DNA of 64,000 bases from an uncultured Muribaculaceae bacterium (GTDB lineage: Bacteria > Bacteroidota > Bacteroidia > Bacteroidales > Muribaculaceae). A model generated the notes under the pieces. That model worked only from the letters and a program-made list of their open reading frames with translations, was not told where the DNA came from and searched no databases. The translations under genes and the position numbers were made by a program. Location of the stretch: the NCBI GenBank assembly GCA_910587925.1, contig CAJUOC010000002.1:16303-80302 (forward strand), in the 5' to 3' direction. Of the stretch, positions 57,583 to 64,000 are shown piece after piece. Numbering within the stretch: position 1 is the first letter of the stretch; every line of letters starts with the position of its first letter.

Positions 57583-59004
57583 TCAGAGCGAGGGCTTGCC
57601 GCCGTCGGGGATACGCATCACCGCCCATGCCACTCCGAGGGTGGCCAGTGCGCCCAGCGCGTAGGCCGCGGCAGTGGCGCCGAGCCCGACAAATTGCGGC
57701 GATATGAATACAAAAGAGGTCACGATATATGTCATCACCAGCGCCGGCAGCAGCGCCACCCACACGCAGCGCTTGCGCCGCCGCTGCCATATGTATATGC
57801 TCCAGAGGGTGACGACGGCCAGGGTCTGGTTGGCCCAGGCGAAGTATCGCCACACGATGTCGAAGTCAATCAGTGTGATGCCGTAGCCGATGGCAAAGAG
57901 CGGCACACACACGGCGATGCGGTGAGAGAGCGGGCGCTGGTCGTAGCGGAAGATGTCGCCCACGATGAGGCGGGCCGAGCGGAAGGCGGTGTCGCCCGAG
58001 GTGATGGGGGCGGCGACCACGCCCAATATGGCCAGCACGGCACCGATGGTGCCCAGCGTGGTGCGCGAGATGGTGTCGACGGCCCAGGCGGGATTGCCCG
58101 CGGCTCCGGCGAGAGCCGTGTTGAGCTGGGGTACGCCGCCGAAAAATGCCATGGCGATGGCCGCCCATACCAGCGCGATGATGCTCTCGGCGATCATGGC
58201 GCCGTAGAATACCGCCCGTCCCTGGCTCTCGCAGCCGATACACCGGGCCATCATCGGCGACTGTGTGGCGTGGAAGCCCGATATGGCTCCGCAGGCGATG
58301 GTGATGAAGAGGGTGGGCACGATGGGCATGGCCTCGGGGTCGGGCTGGAAATTGTGCAGCGACAGCTCGGGCACCGGGTATCCGCCCAGCAGGGTCACGC
58401 CCAGCAGCAGCAATGCCATCAGTATGAGCGCCGCGCCAAACACCGGGTAGCAGCGGCCGATGACCTTGTCGACGGGCAATACCGTGGCCAGTATGTAATA
58501 TGCCAGGATAATCCATACCCACACCTGTGTGTCCATCGACGGGATGAGCGTCGAGAGCAGCTGGGCGGGGCTGAGCAGAAACACCGCGCCCACCAGCACC
58601 ATCAGCGCCAGCGAAAACCAGCGCATGCCGTGGCGCACGGCGCCGCCCATGTACTCGCCCACAATCTCGGGCAGCGAGCGTCCGTCGCCGCGCACAATCA
58701 TCATGCCCGACATATAGTCGTGCATGGCGCCGAAGAAGATGCCGCCCAGCGTAATCCACAGGAAGGCTACCGGCCCGAAGCACGCGCCGAGGATGGCTCC
58801 GAAGATGGGGCCTGTGCCGGCGATGTTGAGCAGCTGGATGAGGAAGGTGCGTCGCCGCGGCAGCTCGATGTAGTCGACGCCGTCGGCCATGCGCCGGCAA
58901 GGCGTGGGGCGGGAGTCATCGGCTCCGGCCTGTCTCTCGAGATATTTACCGTATGTGAAGTATGCCGTGACGAGCGCTGCCAGGCAGAGGAGAAATGTGA
59001 GCAT
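57583..59004 (-). CDS. cstA: Carbon starvation protein A (CstA-family transporter)
   Basis: DGVDY, NIAGTGPIFG, GAMHD, TIACGAISGFHATQSP and TSGDTAFRSARL motifs. Confidence 0.93.
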   Translation of the reverse strand: MLTFLLCLAALVTAYFTYGKYLERQAGADDSRPTPCRRMADGVDYIELPRRRTFLIQLLNIAGTGPIFGAILGACFGPVAFLWITLGGIFFGAMHDYMSGMMIVRGDGRSLPEIVGEYMGGAVRHGMRWFSLALMVLVGAVFLLSPAQLLSTLIPSMDTQVWVWIILAYYILATVLPVDKVIGRCYPVFGAALILMALLLLGVTLLGGYPVPELSLHNFQPDPEAMPIVPTLFITIACGAISGFHATQSPMMARCIGCESQGRAVFYGAMIAESIIALVWAAIAMAFFGGVPQLNTALAGAAGNPAWAVDTISRTTLGTIGAVLAILGVVAAPITSGDTAFRSARLIVGDIFRYDQRPLSHRIAVCVPLFAIGYGITLIDFDIVWRYFAWANQTLAVVTLWSIYIWQRRRKRCVWVALLPALVMTYIVTSFVFISPQFVGLGATAAAYALGALATLGVAWAVMRIPDGGKPSL

Positions 59005-59025
59005 TAGCTACTTGTTTTTGGTCAG

Positions 59026-59106
59026 GATGCGACATGATATATCATGATGCGCCCTGATGTAACGACGATGCGACATGATGCATCATGAGACACCATGTCG
59101 CATCGT
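59026..59106. repeat. Degenerate 10-bp periodic repeats (GATGCGACAT-like) with an embedded hairpin
   Basis: gatgcgacat gatatatcat gatgcgccct gatgtaacga c gatgcgacat gatgcatcat gagacaccat, plus the inverted pair acgatgcgacatg/catgtcgcatcgt. Confidence 0.75.
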
Positions 59107-59122
59107 GTATCAGAGTGAGTGT

Positions 59123-60964
59123 TTATTCAAACTCGACGAGGGGCTGGTCGGTGGATACGACTTCGTCGGGGGCGACGAGCACGCGCTTCACGGTGCCGGC
59201 CATCTCGGAGTTGATGTCGTTTTCCATCTTCATTGCCTCGTATACCAGGAGCACATCGCCCTTGGCTACGGTCTGGCCGGGCTTCACGGCTATCTCGACC
59301 ACGCGGCCGCCCATGGGAGCGCGCTGCACGGGGCCGGTGATGGGCTCGGCGGCTGCGGCGGGAGCTGCCTCTTCCTTGGCTGCGGGAGCCGGAGCGGCTG
59401 CGGCTGCCTCCTCGGCGCGGCGACGCTTCAGGAAGCCGTTGGCCACGGTGGGCAGCAGGGCCAGCAGGAGCTTCTCCTCGTTGTTGGTGGCCAGGCCGGC
59501 GCTGTCGGGCTCTTTGTAGGAGCTTACGTCGTAAGGCTTCTCGACGGGGCTGCCGGTAATTTTCTCGCGGAACTCTGCCGTGATGGCCACCGGGGTATGG
59601 CCGTACTCACCCTTGACCAGGGAGATAAACTGATTGGAGCAGTTGGAGTAGTCGGGCTGGCCTTTCTTGCGGTCGATGGCTACGTTGACGGCCTGCGCGC
59701 CCACAATCTGCGAGGTGGGGGTCACCAGGGGCACGAGACCGGCGTCGCGGCGTACCATGGGGATGAGTGCCATGGCGTCCTCGAGCAGGTCTGATGCGCC
59801 GAGGGCCTTGAGCTGGGCCACCATGTTGGAGTACATGCCGCCGGGTACCTCGGCATTCTTGACCAGCTCGTTGGGCTTGGGGAATCCGAAGTATGCCTCG
59901 ATGGCGTGGCAGGCGTCGAGCAGGGTGTCGTAGTCGCCGGCCTTGGCAGCGGCCACCGCGCGGTCGAGGTCGGCCTCGACGGATGCGGGCAGGGTGTCCT
60001 TGAGGGGATCGAAGGGGCGCGGCATGTGGTCTTTGTTGAGGTCGAAGTCGGCCAGCGAGCGGCGTGCGTCGAGCAGACGGTCGCGTATCTCGCCGACTGC
60101 CTCCATGTTGACGTCAATCTCCACGCCGAGCTTCTTGGCAAAGAGGTATACCAGCTCGATGGCGGGAGCGGCCGAGCCGCCGCCAAACCACCAGATGTTG
60201 GTGTCGAGGATGTCGACGCCGTTGATGATTGCCATCACCGACGATGCCAGGCCGTAGCCGGGGGTGCAGTGGGTGTGGAAGTCGACGGGCACGGTGAGGG
60301 CTGCCTTGAGCTTCGATATGATTGAAGCTGCGCGGGCGGGGGTCACCAGGCCGGCCATGTCCTTCAGGGTGATCATCTTTGCGCCGATACGCTCCATCTC
60401 GCGGGCCTTCTCTACAAAGTACTCGTCGGTGAATATCATCTCGGGCTCGGCGGCTTTCTTGCCGAAGAGGCGGCCGAAGAAGCCTGGCTTGGGAGCCTCG
60501 GGAGCCTTGGGGTCGACGGTGTAGCACACGGCGCCGTCGGCGATGCCGCCCAGCTCGTTGATCATCTTGATAGACTCGCGTACATTGTCGATATCATTGA
60601 GGGCGTCGAAGATACGCATCACATTGAGGCCGTTTTTGATGGCCTCCTCGTAAAATCCGCGCAGCACATAGTCGGGGTAGGGTACGTAGCCGAAGAGATT
60701 ACGGCCGCGCGACAGGGCGCTCAGCAGCGAGCGTCCGCCCATGGCCTTGGCTACGGTGCGGAGACGGTCCCAGGGCGACTCGTCGAGGTAGCGCATGACG
60801 GAGTCGGGCACGGCGCCGCCCCATACTTCCATGATGTAGAAGCCTGCATTCTCGTAGTAGGGGAGGAGCTTGTCGATTTCGGCCTGGCTCAAGCGGGTGG
60901 CGAAGAGCGACTGCTGGCCGTCGCGAAGGGTAAGGTCGCGGATTTTAAGTTTTCGGTTTTCCAT
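59123..60964 (-). CDS. Oxaloacetate decarboxylase alpha / pyruvate carboxylase subunit B (carboxyltransferase plus biotinyl domain)
   Basis: LRDGQQSLFATR, EVWGG, RIFDALND, LKDMAG, HTH, VPGGM.SN, PLVTPTSQIVG and biotin site EAMKM. A TACTTTTG -7 element lies at 61036-61043. Confidence 0.92.
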   Translation of the reverse strand: MENRKLKIRDLTLRDGQQSLFATRLSQAEIDKLLPYYENAGFYIMEVWGGAVPDSVMRYLDESPWDRLRTVAKAMGGRSLLSALSRGRNLFGYVPYPDYVLRGFYEEAIKNGLNVMRIFDALNDIDNVRESIKMINELGGIADGAVCYTVDPKAPEAPKPGFFGRLFGKKAAEPEMIFTDEYFVEKAREMERIGAKMITLKDMAGLVTPARAASIISKLKAALTVPVDFHTHCTPGYGLASSVMAIINGVDILDTNIWWFGGGSAAPAIELVYLFAKKLGVEIDVNMEAVGEIRDRLLDARRSLADFDLNKDHMPRPFDPLKDTLPASVEADLDRAVAAAKAGDYDTLLDACHAIEAYFGFPKPNELVKNAEVPGGMYSNMVAQLKALGASDLLEDAMALIPMVRRDAGLVPLVTPTSQIVGAQAVNVAIDRKKGQPDYSNCSNQFISLVKGEYGHTPVAITAEFREKITGSPVEKPYDVSSYKEPDSAGLATNNEEKLLLALLPTVANGFLKRRRAEEAAAAAPAPAAKEEAAPAAAAEPITGPVQRAPMGGRVVEIAVKPGQTVAKGDVLLVYEAMKMENDINSEMAGTVKRVLVAPDEVVSTDQPLVEFE

Positions 60965-61153
60965 ATCTTATATAACTATGGTGGATAGGGTCGATAGTGT
61001 GTGTAGAAACGTGTGGTGGCGACAGTATCGCCCTGCAAAAGTAATGCATGACGGGCGATTAAAGAAATTTTTCTGCAAAAAAATGTATCCGCGACAGTTT
61101 TTTTGCGGATTGGCGGAATAGCGCTAAATTTGCGCCGCAAATACCGTTTTACG

Positions 61154-61534
61154 ATGAGTCCCAAGCTGATTACCGTGATATTGCTGGTAATATCCAACGT
61201 ATTTATGACCTTTGCCTGGTATGGTCACCTGCGCCTGCAGCAGGCCGGGGTAGGGCGCGACTGGCCTCTCTTTGCCGTGATACTGCTGTCGTGGGGCATC
61301 GCGCTGCTCGAGTACTGTTTTATGGTGCCGGCCAACCGCGTCGGCTTCACCGGCAACGGCGGCCCCTTCTCGCTCATGCAGCTCAAGGTGCTGCAGGAGG
61401 TCATCACACTCACGGTGTTTACGGTCATCGCCATGGTATGCTTCCAGGGCGAGCACTTGCGCTGGAACCATCTCGCGGCCTTCCTCTGCCTGGTAGCCGC
61501 GGTGTGGTTTGTCTTCCTCCCCACGGGCAAGTGA
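61154..61534 (+). CDS. DMT family protein (DUF486)
   Basis: [28 protein letters not shown] and [11 protein letters not shown] motifs. A TAAATTTG -7 element lies at 61125-61132. Confidence 0.88.
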   Translation: MSPKLITVILLVISNVFMTFAWYGHLRLQQAGVGRDWPLFAVILLSWGIALLEYCFMVPANRVGFTGNGGPFSLMQLKVLQEVITLTVFTVIAMVCFQGEHLRWNHLAAFLCLVAAVWFVFLPTGK

Positions 61535-61586
61535 CGCCCGATGCGCGATTTTGGAGGGTCGCGGATTTTTTTGTATCTTTGCTACC

Positions 61587-63524
61587 ATGACAGACTTACT
61601 CGATTTTGAGCCCGACGACGGCGCGCAGGCCACGCAGGCCGACTATACCGAAGACAATATACGCACCCTGGAGTCAGAGGAGCATATCCGCCGCCGTCCG
61701 GGCATGTACATAGGCAAGCTGGGCGACGGCACCGCTGCCGACGACGGTATATATGTGCTCATCAAGGAGGTGCTCGACAACAGCATCGACGAGTTTATGA
61801 TGGGCAACGGCCGCCAGATCATCGTCGATGTCGACGCGGCGTCGGTGGCTGTGCGCGACTATGGCCGCGGCATACCGCTGGGGTCGCTCATCGACGCTGT
61901 GTCGAAGATGAATACCAGCGGCAAATTTGACACGGAGGCTTTCCAGAAGTCAATCGGCCTCAACGGTGTGGGTCTGAAAGCTGTCAATGCGCTCAGCGTC
62001 GACTTTGAGGTGCGCGCCGTGCGCGAGGGCCAGTGTCGCCGGGTGACCTTCAGCTGCGGCGAGCTGCAGAGCGACAGCGGCATCGAGCCGTGCGAGGAGC
62101 CCAACGGCACTTATGTGCGTTTTGTGCCCGACTCGACGATCTTCCGCGACTATGCGTTCCGCGATGAGTTTATCGAGCCGATGCTCAAAAACTACACCTA
62201 CCTCAATACCGGCCTCACCATCGTGTTCAACGGCCACCGCTTCCTCTCGCGCCACGGCCTGCTCGATTTGCTGGAGCAGAACATGACCGTCGAGCCGCTA
62301 TACCCCATCATACATCTCAAGGGGCAGGATATCGAGGTGGCCATCACCCATGCCAATCAGTACGGCGAGGAGTACTACTCCTTTGTCAACGGCCAGCACA
62401 CCACCCAGGGCGGCACCCATCTCACGGCCTTCAAAGAGGCGGTGAGCCGCACGCTCAAGGAGTTTTACGGCCGCGCCTTTGACTACTCCGACATACGCAA
62501 CGGCATGGTCGCCGCCATCGCCATACGCGTGCAGGAGCCCATCTTTGAGTCGCAGACCAAGACCAAGCTCGGCTCGCGCGACATCGGGCCGCAAGGCCCG
62601 ACGGTGGCAAAGTTTGTGGGCGACTTCATCAAGCGCGAGCTCGACAATTACCTACACCGCGACACTGCCCTGGCCGAGATTATCCTCAAGAAGATACAGC
62701 AGAGCGAGCGCGACCGCAAGGCCATGGCCGGCGTGACCAAGCTCGCCCGCGAGAAGGCCAAGAAGGTGAGCCTGCACAATCGCAAGCTCATCGACTGCAA
62801 CGTGCATCTGTGCGACGCCCGCGGCTCAGAGGAGAAAAAGCTCGCCTCGTCGATTTTCCTCACCGAGGGCGACTCAGCCGGCGGCTCCATCACCAAGATA
62901 CGCGACGTCGACACCCAGGCCGTGTTTATGCTCCGCGGCAAGCCGCTCAATACCTACGGCGCCACGCAGCGGGTGCTCTACGAGAATGAAGAGTTCAATC
63001 TGCTCCAGGCGGCGCTCGACATCGAGGGCGGCATCGACTCGCTGCGCTACAACAAGGTGATCATCGCCACCGATGCCGACGTCGACGGCATGCACATACG
63101 CCTGCTGCTCATCACCTTTTTCCTGCAATTTTTCCCCGACCTCATCAAGAAGGGGCACGTATACGTGTTGCAGACGCCGCTTTTCCGCGTGCGCAACCGT
63201 CTTACCTCCAAGCGCTCGGGGCGCAAGAAGAGTGCCGCGGCCGACGCCGAGACATTCTATTGCTACACCGACGAGGAGCGCATCGCCGCCATCGAGCGGC
63301 TGGGAGCCAATGCCGAGATCACGCGGTTCAAGGGCCTGGGCGAGATATCGCCCGACGAGTTCCGCACGTTTATCGGCCCCGACATGCGCCTCGACCGCGT
63401 TACCATGCGCAAAGAAGACGGCGTCGACGCCCTGCTCGAGTTCTATATGGGCAAAAACACCATGGAGCGGCAGAATTTCATCATCGACAACCTCGTCATA
63501 GAAGATGACAGCGAAATCTCCTGA
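61587..63524 (+). CDS. parE: DNA topoisomerase IV subunit B
   Basis: [43 protein letters not shown] and RFKGLGEI motifs. A TATCTTTG element at 61574-61581 sits 5 nt before the ATG. Confidence 0.93.
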   Translation: MTDLLDFEPDDGAQATQADYTEDNIRTLESEEHIRRRPGMYIGKLGDGTAADDGIYVLIKEVLDNSIDEFMMGNGRQIIVDVDAASVAVRDYGRGIPLGSLIDAVSKMNTSGKFDTEAFQKSIGLNGVGLKAVNALSVDFEVRAVREGQCRRVTFSCGELQSDSGIEPCEEPNGTYVRFVPDSTIFRDYAFRDEFIEPMLKNYTYLNTGLTIVFNGHRFLSRHGLLDLLEQNMTVEPLYPIIHLKGQDIEVAITHANQYGEEYYSFVNGQHTTQGGTHLTAFKEAVSRTLKEFYGRAFDYSDIRNGMVAAIAIRVQEPIFESQTKTKLGSRDIGPQGPTVAKFVGDFIKRELDNYLHRDTALAEIILKKIQQSERDRKAMAGVTKLAREKAKKVSLHNRKLIDCNVHLCDARGSEEKKLASSIFLTEGDSAGGSITKIRDVDTQAVFMLRGKPLNTYGATQRVLYENEEFNLLQAALDIEGGIDSLRYNKVIIATDADVDGMHIRLLLITFFLQFFPDLIKKGHVYVLQTPLFRVRNRLTSKRSGRKKSAAADAETFYCYTDEERIAAIERLGANAEITRFKGLGEISPDEFRTFIGPDMRLDRVTMRKEDGVDALLEFYMGKNTMERQNFIIDNLVIEDDSEIS

Positions 63525-63990
63525 CGCCGCGCCCGCAGAGCGCGTGGCGCTCTTTGCCGGTACATTCGACCCCTTCACCGCCGGCCACGCATCGGTGGTC
63601 GAGCGGGCATTGCCGCTATTCGACCGCATCGTCATCGGCGTGGGAGTCAATGCCGCCAAGCCCGGCTCCGAGCCGGCCGCCTCGCGCGTCGAGGCCATAC
63701 GCGCCCTCTACGCCTCGCTGCCCGCCGGGCGCGTCGAGGTGGTGGAGTACACGGACTGTCTCACCGTGGAGCTGGCCGCGAAGGTCGGCGCGCGGTGGCT
63801 GCTGCGCGGAGTGCGCTCGGTGCGCGACTTCGAGTATGAGCGCGACATCGCCGACCTCAACCGTAAACTTTCCGGGCTCGAGACCATTTTATTATATACA
63901 CTGCCCGAGTTGGCGGCAGTGTCGTCGAGCGCCGTGCGCGAGTTGCGCTCCTACGGCGTCGACATCACACCCTTCATGCCAAAGCTATGA
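63505..63990 (+). CDS. coaD: Pantetheine-phosphate adenylyltransferase
   Basis: [24 protein letters not shown] and VSSSAVREL motifs. Confidence 0.95.
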   Translation: MTAKSPDAAPAERVALFAGTFDPFTAGHASVVERALPLFDRIVIGVGVNAAKPGSEPAASRVEAIRALYASLPAGRVEVVEYTDCLTVELAAKVGARWLLRGVRSVRDFEYERDIADLNRKLSGLETILLYTLPELAAVSSSAVRELRSYGVDITPFMPKL

Positions 63991-64000
63991 AAAAAATCAC

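Noticed and set aside
61587..63524. Duplicate gyrB
   Set aside because: LRGKPLN, GLNGVG and the coaD linkage fit parE. Unlinked topoisomerase subunits are normal in Bacteroidetes.
63987..64000. Start of a further gene (ATG AAA AAA ATC) overlapping the coaD stop
   Set aside because: Only 14 nt are visible, so no product can be supported.

Overview
A GC-rich chromosomal window from a Bacteroidales bacterium, probably Muribaculaceae-like. That call is inferred from the SusC/SusD pair, TAnnTTTG promoter elements, absence of obvious Shine-Dalgarno sites and Prevotella/Muribaculaceae-style T9SS C-terminal domains. Most genes are housekeeping: gyrB, rnr, folB, pyrF, prfA, miaA, class I fumarase, purT, nadE, sod, ribD, cstA, a carboxyltransferase-biotinyl protein, parE and coaD. 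They are interleaved with envelope and secreted-protein genes. I found no rRNA, tRNA, CRISPR array, transposase, integrase or reverse transcriptase. The most notable items are: (i) a ~850-bp non-coding array of nested, GTAG-containing palindromes (296-bp period, REP/REPIN-like) at 47.8-48.7 kb, with an orphan arm 42 kb away; (ii) a three-gene T9SS cassette in which a small CTD-bearing protein and a CTD-less triple CLec/DUF1566-like protein share an N-terminal motif (candidate piggy-back secretion or anchoring pair); (iii) a coiled-coil protein with an N-terminal amphipathic helix and a terminal QLSLF beta-clamp-binding motif; (iv) a large protein with repeated YbjN-like modules; and (v) unusual leader structures upstream of znuA, cstA and prfA. 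All product calls come from motif recognition by eye; no database searches were run.
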